Shown here: in pieces, positions 11,434-22,735 of the stretch
How positions within the stretch are numbered: the first letter of the stretch is position 1
How the letters are laid out: each line of letters opens with the position of its first letter
Assembly (NCBI RefSeq): GCF_000315625.1
Contig: NW_005434612.1
Location: 205,038-269,037, forward strand
Source: Guillardia theta CCMP2712
Lineage: Eukaryota > Protista > Cryptophyta
Direction of reading: 5' to 3'
DNA length: 64,000 nt
Program-made: the position numbers and the translations under genes
Notes under the pieces: model-generated
Databases searched by the model: none
Seen by the model: the letters and a program-made list of their open reading frames with translations, nothing else
What the model was told of the DNA's origin: nothing

Positions 11434-12432
11434 CGGTCAGGTATCGTGATATGCTGACAATACAAGTATTTACAAACGGTCCTTGATATGAAAGGTTTCG
11501 TGTTGAGCGAAAACGAACACAGCTTGTACAACCAAAAATACTGTGTACCGAGTTTTATTATTATTATTGAGAATTTCTATGTTGAGCATCGAATCTTGGA
11601 GAAGAATTGACCTCCACAACTCGGAACTGACGTCAGGATCAGGTGCTGATCACTTTCACTGCTTCGCTGGGTAGATGATATTTTGGCTACTCTCTGACAG
11701 CAGCAGACTGTCTGTAGCATGCAGTGGAACATGCAACAGTGACTTGGCAAGGCTCTACGAACTCGAGTACATGTTATCAGTGACATTGATAAACTTGTCT
11801 GTATTGTATCAGCTTGACCTCGCTCCACCCTCTATCCCGATACAGCTGCTCACCCCATTGTAAATCTCCATGATCTGGTCCATCCTGTAGCATACTCCCC
11901 GCTCCTCTTCTACCTCCTTCTCATCCACCGGAAAGCCGCAGTACCATGCACACCATTCTTCCTCCGCTTCCCTCCTCCTCCTGATCTCCTCGTCCTCGGA
12001 CCCCGCACTCTCTTCCCCTGCGCTCTCCTCCTCCGAGAGCTCCTCTAGACGCATCCTGTCCTCAGCCTCGCATGCCGGCTTCTGATCGGCTGCCGTATTG
12101 CGCGAGGGCCCCCGCGTACCTCCTGCCCGGCGGCCTGATCTCCACTTGCTCACCCCAAGAGCCTTGCAGGCGTTCTTGAAAGCCGTCAGTGAGATCCCGA
12201 GCTTCTCCGCTGCCTCGGACTGCCGCAGGTGCAGGAGACGGACGATGTCCGGGTAAGTGAGGGGGACGGCATGGTTCTTGTCCGACGGAGATGAGGCAGA
12301 GGGTCTCCGTCTCCGGGGGAAGATGAGGTGGTGGCGGAGGAGGGAGGAGGGAGGAGGGGGGTAGGCAGGGGAGAGGGAGGGGTCTTGGGAGGACTGGACA
12401 AGGGAGGAAGGAGGCGGGGAGGGGAACATGGG
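10758..12432. repeat. Direct repeat pair 10758-11322 / 11868-12432 (565 bp, about 9 mismatches, offset 1110)
   Basis: Manual comparison of both copies. Confidence 0.95.
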
Positions 12433-12522
12433 TGGCAAAGGGGAAGCTGAGGATGGAGACCACTGGATGAAGTATGTATGAGGTATGGAACTTGCGCCTT
12501 CCTGTCGAAAGATATTCAGCAC
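11809..12522 (-). CDS. RWP-RK domain transcription factor, copy B (intronless; start may be ATG 12429)
   Basis: Same domain; near-identical to copy A. Confidence 0.85.
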   Translation of the reverse strand: MLNIFRQEGASSIPHTYFIQWSPSSASPLPPMFPSPPPSSLVQSSQDPSLSPAYPPPPSSLLRHHLIFPRRRRPSASSPSDKNHAVPLTYPDIVRLLHLRQSEAAEKLGISLTAFKNACKALGVSKWRSGRRAGGTRGPSRNTAADQKPACEAEDRMRLEELSEEESAGEESAGSEDEEIRRRREAEEEWCAWYCGFPVDEKEVEEERGVCYRMDQIMEIYNGVSSCIGIEGGARSS

Positions 12523-12887
12523 GTCATGGTGTAAAAATCCACACGGTACTTTCCGCCAAAGGATGTAATTTCACCTTCCATTGGGATGAAACGTTTCTCC
12601 TTGTTTGAAAAAGAGAGATTTCGTGGTATACATACCTGTAAGCCAGTACTGTTTTTGTTGTTGCGACGTGTGGGATATCCCAGAGCTCTTCAACTGCATC
12701 CCTTCGAGTGGTGGATGACAAATATAAAACTCAAATTCGGATCGAGCCGATCGCAGTCTCCGGACCATGGGAGTCAAAACTGCTTTATTTGCGTCGGTTC
12801 CATGTCACTCCAATGCTCCCGTCAAAACAATCATGGTTCCATTGTTTACTCAAAGTTAAGTTAAAATCAGTACGAGGACAATCAGGA

Positions 12888-13150
12888 GACTCCACTCAGT
12901 TACTTGAGAGCTCGGCCCGGAGTGCTCGGCCGGGCCGGGCCCTCACGCAGGACGCAAAGGCGATCTCCGACAATCGAGATCGCAGCGTTCTGATGGACCA
13001 CTGGTCGTATTGTGGTACCCACCCACGGGTACGAAAATAGACGATAAGTACCCACCATTTGACCTTTGTGTACCCTATGAACGCATGTTCTGAGGACTAC
13101 CCCAGTTACCCAAGAACCCCCTTCAGAAAGTCTTTCACCTTGGGGTTACG
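12888..13150. other. Small CCGG island with hairpin, followed by an ACCC-motif cluster
   Basis: CTCGGCCCGG...GGCCGGGCCGGGCCC; inverted repeat GCGATCTC-8-GAGATCGC at 12960-12983; GTACCCACC three times in near-identical form. Confidence 0.55.
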
Positions 13151-13171
13151 AATTGACTTCTCCCTGCTGCT

Positions 13172-14412
13172 ATGGTGGCGGTAGAGGAGAAGTCACATGC
13201 TGACGAGGACGTTTCACCCACCTTCTCACTTGTCTTCTCTCACTCTCCTCCTCCACTGTCTCTGCCGTTTCATGGGATCTCTACTCCCTGTCAAAGGAGC
13301 TACCAGTACATCGCACTAGGGTATAGATGGACACCGAGCTCAAATGCAGAGTGCATGAGAAGGTAATCCTCGCTGTCATTAGTATGAATTTTTCATGTTT
13401 TGATTCGACAAGACTCTTGACCTGTTTGTTTGATAGCATGTTCTTCTGGCACAACGAGTCCTTGAATATTTGGTAAGTTTAAACTGCAACTTTAATATGC
13501 CCCACTCTATCCAATGTTGCAGATTATGCCGATGAGATTTATTTTTCATGTTGAGATGATCGAACTTCTTACTCTGACGATTCCATTCACAGGACACACG
13601 TCTTTGGAGCAATTCTTTTCACATTTCTCCTTATAGAGCTCTTTCTCCTACCCGGGGTTGTGGTGTTTCATTACCATTTGTCGGCTCAAGACGCAGTTGT
13701 GCTAGCCATTTATCTCTTTTCAGCCATTGTTTGCATGGTACTTAGCAGCATTTTCCATCTTTTCTCTAGCTCAGACGATGAGACGTACGAAAGAGTCTCG
13801 AAAGCTGACCAGAATGGAATCCTTGCGCTGATGTTGGGGTCAAATTTTCCCATGATCTACTATGGTTTTTACACATCCCTTCCTTTGCAAACATTCTATG
13901 CTGCTGGAAGTTTACTCATCATTCTATTTGCAAGGAGCAGGATCGTCAAGATCGAGTCAAGGGTGAGAACGACAACCAACAGCAAAGTTACAGACGTAGA
14001 CTGACCTCTGCTCCTCAGAACCGAAGACTGGTCTTTTTCTTGCTTGTATGCGGCTTTGGTTGGCTCCAATTGCTGCATGACCTCGCGAACAGAGGGGGGT
14101 TACAATCGGCTGCTTGCCTCAAGGCTGCTTCTTTGTGGATCAAGTCCTTCTGCGTCTACGGGCTGGGACTTTTCTTTTATTGTAGCAAAGTGCCAGAGAG
14201 AATTTTCCCGGGGAGGTTTGCGACGGTCGGTACGAGGTAGATCTAGATGTGTTGATTGCACTGTTCTGCTGTCCACTGACTCTGTGATGGGTGGCGGTAG
14301 TCATCAGCTGTGGCATGTCTTCGTCGTCTTTGGGGCCTTTGTCCACCTTCAATCCTGTATCGAATACGGGATCCTGGCTGGGGCGATAGTGGACCAAACG
14401 AGCAGGGCATAA
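13172..14412 (+). CDS. PAQR / adiponectin-receptor / haemolysin-III family membrane protein
   Basis: YIALGYR, SSIFHLF, DQNGI, KVPERIFPGRF and GGSHQLWHVFVV are the conserved PAQR Zn-binding motifs; multiple TM helices. Confidence 0.9.
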
Positions 14413-14881
14413 CGTTTTGATCAGGTCGGCGCGTGCTATTGAGGAGAATGTGACTTGTACTTTAAGATTTTTTTTGTTTGCGAGTTGACAATCACGAAAG
14501 GGAAAGTGGATCATTTTACTGTAGAGTGGGCAAGGAGGACAGGTGGCTATCAATGAGAGAACACGAAGTGAGGTAGAAGGTTTTTTTGGCGTGGTTGCGT
14601 GTACTTTTATGAGTTTAATAGATCTTTGCATTTCAAATGTCAGTCTTTTTTCACATTGCATATCTTTATTGTCATCGTCAATAGTACATGTATGTATTTG
14701 ACCATCCGTCCCTCATCCAATCACAGTGTCTATTGGTCCCTACCTCCAACTTGTATATACAGACAGAAAATAAGTGCAAACAAACTGTGACTCTAATCAC
14801 TGTTTGAGTTCGCGGGTGACTATAAAAGAAGTAAACGGAATTGGTTTGAGTCATTTAAAGAATTAGTTTACAAGTGAAGTT

Positions 14882-15772
14882 CTAAACAGAAGGAAGTCGT
14901 CTCTTGCACGACTCACGATAAATCTGTGCGCCTCTTCTCTTCATGATCTCCACCCATTCATCACGGATCGTCTCGTGCCTGCAGTAGAAGTGCAGACAAT
15001 CCGAACTTGGGGTCCTTTCGATGTTATCTTTGCAGAGAGATTTCAAGTGCTTCTCATCCGTTGTGATAACGAAGATGCAAGGAAATCCTTCGAAGACTCC
15101 AATGATAGTATCCTCCAACATGAAATTTCCCATCTCCAACATCTCTTTCCCTTTCGATCTCGTGAGGATCAGCCTTGATTTGTTCAACATCAACTCCAGC
15201 TTCATACCAGTTCTTGCTTGTAGGTTCTCCCTGAGCTCTAGCGTTCCACTCACAGACAATCTATTGTTGTCAAGGCTCAGTCTCGAGTTCTGGGGCCCGG
15301 CATTATGTGTTTGCGACTTGCGCACCGAATTATCAATTGGGAACTCACAATTATTATCCTTTAAGGAATCTGGGGCCTCCCGGCTCTTGCTCACACGAAT
15401 GCCCTCATCTGACCTTGCAGAACACGGCGAGATGGCAAGCTTGTCAGACATGAAGTCGCGAAATCTTGTAGGAGACGTTTCTGGGGAGGAATAGGAGAGA
15501 AATGCATCTTGGATGGCGTTTCTCAACATCACCTGATGGTGATTCGCAAACGAGTCTCTGTAGCAGGTGTTACTGAAATCCTCTGGAATCCCAAGGACGT
15601 TGTCGTTGGGCTTTTCGATCTCAAAGCATCCTTGAAGGTATAGCCTGCTCTCTTCGACACTTCTCCTGCGCCCGATGCTTGATTTCGTATGCCTTACAGA
15701 ACTGAGCAACGGAACAATCTGGGATTGCAGCTCTGGTTGTGTACTTCTAGGTGTTCGACTGACTTCCAGCAT
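14882..15772 (-). CDS. Intronless protein with C-terminal PH-like domain
   Basis: 296-aa ORF. VSGTLELRE...PCIFVITT...LHFYCRHETIRDEWVEIM fits the PH beta-strands and the terminal helix Trp. Confidence 0.6.
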   Translation of the reverse strand: MLEVSRTPRSTQPELQSQIVPLLSSVRHTKSSIGRRRSVEESRLYLQGCFEIEKPNDNVLGIPEDFSNTCYRDSFANHHQVMLRNAIQDAFLSYSSPETSPTRFRDFMSDKLAISPCSARSDEGIRVSKSREAPDSLKDNNCEFPIDNSVRKSQTHNAGPQNSRLSLDNNRLSVSGTLELRENLQARTGMKLELMLNKSRLILTRSKGKEMLEMGNFMLEDTIIGVFEGFPCIFVITTDEKHLKSLCKDNIERTPSSDCLHFYCRHETIRDEWVEIMKRRGAQIYRESCKRRLPSV

Positions 15773-15979
15773 GATAATGCAGCAGCAGTTAGAGACACCA
15801 CAGGTCGAAGACGGTGCAAGGGACTAGATGATGGGATCAAGATCAAGAGGGCGAGGCGGTGGAGGGGATAATGAGAATGAGGGAAGGCCAGGGGGAGGAG
15901 ATCGCAGCCAGGAACGTCGAGGTCTGCGCAGAGTCTGGCACCTTTCTAGGAGAAGCAAGCAAGGGGTTCGAAGTTTTAT

Positions 15980-16620
15980 TAGGAGGGGTGATACATGAAT
16001 TGGTAGGGTCCAGAGTCTGATGTCAGGGTGCAAGTCGTTCAATGCAGTACCTTATTGAAGGTTAAAGAGGGGTCATATTGTGTACAGGTGGGTACTCTCG
16101 TCCACTTCGATGTTTAAGGGGGGTAGGGGTACTTTTGGTCTTTACTCCTTGAAGTCCGTGACCCACAAAGTAGGGTGGGGTACAAAATAGAGTCACGGCG
16201 ATTCCGGGTTTAGGGCAGAGGATAGGGGTCAACGTGGTAGAAAGAAGGGGTGATAGAAGGGGTCTCAAGGGTATCAGGGGTGGCAGGGGTGGCAGAGGTA
16301 GGAACAAAATGGCAATGACAGTCAATCGCGCTAAAATTACATGTAGCCTGGCGAACTTCCACGGGGTGGGGGTTATCGCAGGTACGTACATTTGAGTGAA
16401 ACGAAAAGGAAAGACAAGGGGTCGAAGGAAATTAGCCGATGTTGGTAGGTAGGGTGCTAAAAACTTGTCCTCGGCTCGTCACGGTTGCTGACTCTGTCTG
16501 GGGTGGGGTGAACAATCGAGGATGGTGGGGGTGGAGATGGTCCTTGCAAGAGAAAATTAGGTGCGCTGAGGGTCGGAGAGGTAGAAGGGGTACTCAAAAG
16601 GCTGCAGAAGGGGGTAGTCC
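15980..16620. promoter_or_regulatory. Divergent intergenic region with many GGGGTA(C/G)/GGGTGGGG motifs
   Basis: GGGTAGGGGTAC, AGGGTGGGGTAC, AAGGGGTAC and GGGGGTAG among others. Confidence 0.45.
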
Positions 16621-16768
16621 ATGAGGTTTGGCTTGCGGCTGGCAACTAGCTTGCAAAAAAACAAGATCAGGAACACAACGGACTGTAACGAGAAGTAACG
16701 GAGCGGTTGAAAGTCGGCCCGGTTTCGGGACGGTTGTAGAAGCCTCCAATGCTGGTTTTGTAGCAGGG

Positions 16769-19700
16769 ATGGCGGAAGGAGGCGAAGTAGCGGAGGAAGG
16801 GAAGGAGGAGGGCAAGAGCTTTGACCAGGACGAGCTGCTCTACGAATTCATACGGTGAGATGAAGTGAAACATGAAAGCTTTTGTTGTCGGGCGTGACTT
16901 GAACTTGAGCCCTTATGACATTTTCCCTTTCCACACTCTACTGTACAAAGGGGAATTGCTTGTATGAGAAAACATGATTTTGGCTGTTGGTTGTAGCAAA
17001 CATTTTGTTGAATTTCTTTGCTGATTCGATGACACAGTGACGACGGAGGGAAACCTGGCCATAGCCAAGTTTTGACTACCAAAGTTGTGTGCGAGATTCT
17101 TGCTCAACTGAACAGCAGCTGTCTCGTTTCTTATCTTTTGCAAGAGCTTATCAAGAACGGGATTACGCCGAAAGGTGATTGCGTACATGATCGTCGATTG
17201 GTCAGCGCTGCCTACAACAAGATGAAAGACGACCTCTCAGATATTCGAGGAGCAGACTCTTGCGCTTCACGGATTTTACGGGCAAGGAAACAGATGTTGA
17301 CGTATGTGCTGTACACAGATCTGATCTGTCCGAGAGATGAGCTGTCTTTTTCAAGCGATGTGAAGCCCCAGGACATCAAACTCATCCTCACCGAGAAGGC
17401 ATTGAGCTCCCTGGACATGTGGAATCGGGCTGCCGAGAACTTGATCCAGGGCCTCCCAGCTTCGAGCATGTGCGATACATTCTCCTTCCTGCGGGATCAA
17501 GCAGGGCAGTGTGTCCTCAGTGCGACGACTTACACCGTCCTGCTGCTAGAGTATCAAGTTCGACCCTTCGAGCCAAATTTCGTCAAGTCAGAGATCAACT
17601 CGATGTGCTCGGAGGCAGTTGCGCTTGCAACTCACCTGAAGCAGGAGAAGTTAGACGTTCTGATTGAGAGGAGCAACAAGCTCTTTTCCGGTGCTGCGAT
17701 TTGTGCTCGCGTGTTGAGGGACTCGATCATGTCCGTACAATCAAGCATGAAATCCTCAACGGCACTAGATTCTGAAGAACAGATACAGGAGGAGGCTCAA
17801 CGAGTCGCAGACATTTTGCATGCTGCCTCCTCAAATGTACTCTCATCAGCGAACTCAACCATACAGAAAGTCGATGGCTATCTGGATCGCGATTGCTCCA
17901 TCTCTCATGGAAGTTCATCCCAACATCATGTTCATCATTCCGATCCACACAGTCTGGAACACTCGGCGTTGAATTCTCAAATTTCACCTGACGTCAGTTC
18001 TTTGCAGCATGCCCGTGATGGAGAGGAGGTCATAGCAGAGAGTACTTTCCAAGACGATCATGACGCAGTTGTCATCCCGTCTGTGCAACAGCCAGCTCAG
18101 AACCAAGATGGTATGCAGCAAGACTCTGATCGTCCAGTGGGTAAAAGCGATGAAGTCATCGAGCCCTCGATTGCTGACAACACTCCTCACCGAAGATGGA
18201 ACGTCACTGTTGACGTCGCTCCTTTCAATCACACGAGGGAAGCTCAGAAATCTGCTGGCCATCCTTCAAACAAGAGTGTAGAGTGGAGGTTGAACGATGC
18301 TGGTCCACCGAAGCAGGTGCCCGTGCTGCACCCGATCTTTCTCAAATCAAGGAGCGGGAACAAAGCTCCTTACCAAGGTCGATATCAAGCCGGTATTGGG
18401 CTGAAGCAACAGATGCGAGGCATTGAAATTGATATCCACGTGTTAAGAAATCAGTTGAAGATGCTGGATAGAAAGCCCTTGCACATGATGAAGCTTTCGT
18501 CGCAGCAGGTGTTGTGTTGCCTTGTAGCCTTGTAGAGTCTTACCTATCGATCAAGCAGGAGGAAGTAGAATCCAAAGATCGCTTTCCACTGCTCCCTGTC
18601 GTGCATCGAGACAGTCTGCAAGATAATCGGCTTCGCGCAGCGACAGCGGGTGAGGAATGGAAGCCAAGCAAGTTGAAGAAGCTGTACTCTCTGTCCGAGT
18701 ACGGGAAGACACCCGTGTCGTCGCCCCTGACGTCAATGCGCCCTCTCTCGCCTTTCGCGGATGCGATGAAACAACCTCCGTCTCCCTACGGTCAGCCGCT
18801 GTCGCCCTTTCCCCGACCCTCTTCTCCTTTCGGGGAGGCGTTCTTGCCGAAAGGGTCGCCCAAGTTCGGGAAGGGAGGGAAAGGGAGAGAAATGGAGCTG
18901 AGGTCGTTTCTCCATAGCAGAGACCAGCATGGGAGGCTTATGAAAGATGGCTCTCTCCTGCTCGCTTCGTTTCTGGACGTCGCCAAGAAGGATATGGATC
19001 AGAGCGCGAACGACGCCGCTGTGAAGATTCAGAGCTACTGGCGCCGGGTGAAGCAGCGGATGTCGTTTCATGACTCGGTGAAGATGACGGTGTCTATCCG
19101 AGCAATTTCCAAGTTTCTGAGCATGAAGCAAAGTGAGATCAACCTGATCTTTCGACGGGTGAACGACGTCGAGCTCATCACTCAAAAACTCAACGACGAG
19201 ATGCAGCGAACTGCCGAGCGGGTGGCTGAGATGGACAGGCGAGAGCAGCTGGAGTGTGAGAAAGCAGACAAACAGGCTGAGCTGGAGCTTAAAGAGCTGG
19301 AGGAGGCAGAGCGAATAGCAAAGCAAGGAGCGTTGGAGGCAGAGGCTGCACAGTCGCGCATGGAGAGGGAGAGGGATGAGATGCTCGCATGGAAGGCCAA
19401 GGTGGATCGCTATCAGGCCTCATACGAGGCCACAAAGAACGAACTTCAGATCAAGGATGATGACGAGGAGTTTCTACGACAGAACCATCAGTTTGTTCAT
19501 CGAGAGAAGAAACAGTGGATGAACATCAAGAACCGATATGAGCGCGAGAAGGAGACGTTTGAAACCTCCTACCATGAGCTGATGCAGAAGCGCGAGGCGA
19601 ATGATCACGCAATGCTCAAGGCAGCGAGGGAGCGGGTGGAGTGGCAGGAGGCGCGGCAGGAAGCTCTCAGGGAGCGAGAGGAGATTCAGAAGTTCCACCG

Positions 19701-20559
19701 GCTGAGGTTCTTTGTGAACCCCAAGACTTCAGTCAAAGAAAGATTCCGTGCCATCGCTGGGATGTCGGTCGATTGCCCTCGCTATCTTCACGCTACTACC
19801 AAGAAGAGCGGGGAGGTCTCTTACAGCGGGATGCTCTACGCTGACAAAGACAACACCTTCTCCGGAGAGTTCACAGTGGTGAAGGCCATGCCAGACTCCG
19901 ACGTCGTCGAGGCGTTTGAGATGCACAAGAACGACAAGGAGCTGCTGACGGTCGCGGGCATGGGCAGGGCGCTAGGGAGGCTGGGAAGGAAGTTCGACCA
20001 GCACGAGTGCGAGAGGATGATGGGGCGCTTCTCTCAGTCACAGGCGGGGCTGGCGCTTGACAACTTCCGATGTCTCTGCGACCATTTCGTCGGGCTGGAG
20101 CTGCCGCACGGGCTCGGGGTGGAGAGGTTTGCCGACGGGAGCAAGTACGAGGGGGAGGTGTACGAGGACAAGCGCTCAGGGATCGGGATGTACAGCACGA
20201 GCGACAACTTCTGGTACCTGGGGGGCTGGCACCTCGGAGTTCGCCATGGGCGAGGGCTGGAGGGGAAGGTGACGAGTGGAGGGATCCTGGTGCCAGTAGC
20301 CTTGATCCATTGCCACAAGGGGAAGCGAACTAAAGTCGAGAGGTTCGACCCGAAGAAGCCTCACCACCGGACCACCATCCGCTCCATGTCGACCATCGTC
20401 GAGCTGGCGCGCAAGAGAGCGACGAAGGCGCAGCGGGAGGTGATACAGGAAGCTCACAGGTCAGAGCGCAGGAGGTGGGGCCACCAATACTCCAGCGAGT
20501 TCATCCAGAAGCTTGCGAGCTGCAGGACGGAGTACGAGAACTTCGTGTGGGAGATATGA
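16769..20559 (+). CDS. Large IQ-motif / coiled-coil / EF-hand-like / MORN-repeat protein
   Basis: ORFs 17072-18535 and 18514-20559 join in frame via a 50-nt intron (18509-18558). IQ motif AAVKIQSYWRRVKQR, ~170-aa coiled coil, MORN repeats PHGLGVERFADGSKYEGEVYEDKRSGIG...YLGGWHLGVRHGRG. Confidence 0.8.
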
Positions 20560-20593
20560 GGAAAGAGGATGGGCTGGACGCGGCAGTTTGATC

Positions 20594-21330
20594 CTATGAT
20601 TGTATTTTGTTAGCACGGAGGAACGAAAGGAAATCATTCAACAAGAGCAGATTCCTTTCAAAGTTGATGATCTCATCTCCTGTACTCCTCCACTTCTTTC
20701 CCCGATGACTCGTCTGCCTCTGCTCTTCGAATTTCTCCGCGTTCACCTTGTCAAATAGCCATGGAAGGCCATGGACGGACTCCGCCTCCTCCTCGTCCTC
20801 GAACATTTTGTCGCCTCTGTTGCTCTCCTGCTTGATCCCGATGGCAACCACCAGACGTTCCAATGTCACCACGACAATCTGATCAGCAGGTTGTAACGAA
20901 GCAGAGTCCGTAAACTCCACGCGCTTCTTTGATACCCTCGAGCGCAGCCCGAGAAAGCATCCCACCCGATTGTTCTCCTCATCGTCCTCCTCCTCCTGTC
21001 CCTGACTGTTGGTCACCTCCTTCCTCCTCTTCTTCGTCCTGTTCAGTCGTTCGCTGTCCGTCTTCTTCACACTGAATCCGCTCACCAGCACGCGATTGTT
21101 CCCCTCCGCCAGAGTCTCCACGAGGCCTCGAAGAAGCGCGTCCGACGGCCCCTTCCTCGGGCCCAAGGGCTTCGCCACCTTTGCAGTTGAGTCCATGACG
21201 ACAAGATCGTCTTCCTGCATGTCCACCCAGACCTGTCAAGCACGTCATGACCAGAACAGAGAGAGAGAGGGAGAGAGGGAGAGAGAGAGGGAGAGGGAGA
21301 GAGAGAGAGGGAGAGAGAGAGAGGGAGAGG

Positions 21331-21361
<31 letters not shown>

Positions 21362-22512
21362 AGGGAGGGAGGGAGGGAGGGGAGGGAGGGGAGGGAGGGG
21401 AGGGGAGGGAGGGAGGAGGAGGNNNNNNNNNNNNNNNNNNNNNNNNNNNNNNNNNNNNNNNNNNNNNNNNNNNNNNNNNNNNNNNNNNNNNNNNNNNNNN
21501 NNNNNNNNNNNNNNNNNNNNNNAGGGAGAGAGATGATAGAAAGCTTACGTAATGTCCCTTGCACCAGGTTGGGATCTCAGTGTTTTTGGCAGGATGGGAG
21601 ATTCGCTTCCGTTTCACCTTGGGAAGAAACTGTAGCAGCGTCAGCAGGAGCAGGGGCAACCCTCCACCTCCTTCTCATTCCCTCCCCCCCCCTCACCATG
21701 CTGTAGCACGACGCCCGTGACCGGGACCCTCTAGTGGCAGATCTCCTTTCTGCCTCAAGGCTCGGTCTGACTGCGGAAGCAACCCCTACCGCCGTCAAGT
21801 CGCCCATTCCATGCGCATCCTCTGGGCCCCTTGACGACGGCGGCAGGTCCGCATCCATGTGACTAGGGGGGCAGGACGGCAGCTCCTGATCCGCTAGAGA
21901 TGCCCAACCCCAGCTCAGCGACTTCTTGTTGTGGTTCATGGATTCCATGAGCTGGGAGAGGAGGTCTTGTGCGTACTGCACCATCGACGACTTGACGATC
22001 TCCCCTGCCCCCTGAAGCTTGCCGGAGAGGAACCTTGACCCTGAAGGCAAGTGTCCTGGTAGGGACTCCTGTATGTGAAGGAAGACGACTTTCATGAGGT
22101 CCATCGCGGCCTTTTCCTGCATTTGCGCGTCCACAAACAAGGCAACGATCAAGTTGGTGAAGTCAGGATGACAATGAAAGAATATCTTCATGCTGTTCCC
22201 GAATCTGAGGAACTTCAGTGAGACTGGATCAGGGCTCTTGCTCCCTGCAGTCTCAGAAAGGCATGCGCCAGCGTTCAGCTGGAACGCAAAGATCAGGGCA
22301 GCTAGCTTGTGAGTATCGATGCTGTCGGATTCGGGTGAAGAAGGCAGACCGTAGGCATGAGAGAACTTCTTTGAGAACAGGGTCTTTCCTGTCTTCGAGC
22401 AAACCCCTATGATACCGTGTATCATCACTTGTTCATCCCTACGGGGCAAGGGGATTCATTCTGGTCCTTCACAAGCTGCCCTTCCTGTCCCTGACCTGTT
22501 CTTTCTTCTCAT
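20594..22512 (-). CDS. Hypothetical protein with N-terminal longin-like domain
   Basis: MIHGIIGVCSKTGKTLFSKKF... resembles the beta1-beta2 start of longin folds. Two long exons are separated by an intron containing GA repeats and the assembly gap. Confidence 0.5.
21257..21532. repeat. (GA)n/(GGGA)n microsatellite flanking a 100-N assembly gap (21423-21522)
   Basis: Directly visible. Confidence 0.95.
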
Positions 22513-22549
22513 CTGTTCGTCTCATCCCTTTGCATCATCTTTCATATGA

Positions 22550-22582
22550 TCTGCTCTGCTCTGCTCTGCTCTGCTCTGCTCT
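22550..22582. repeat. (CTGCT)n microsatellite; same unit as the large AGAGC array, opposite strand
   Basis: Directly visible in a divergent intergenic region. Confidence 0.9.
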
Positions 22583-22735
22583 CCTATCTTGTCTTCGGGT
22601 CCGTGCTCTTCAGCGCCATTCTCACAAATCTGCAACTGACCGACTGTTGCAATTTCACAAGGAATGCAACGGCCGTTATAAAAATGGATGAGAGTAACGG
22701 TATGTAACGTTAATACAGTGAAGAGGCAGGCGGCA

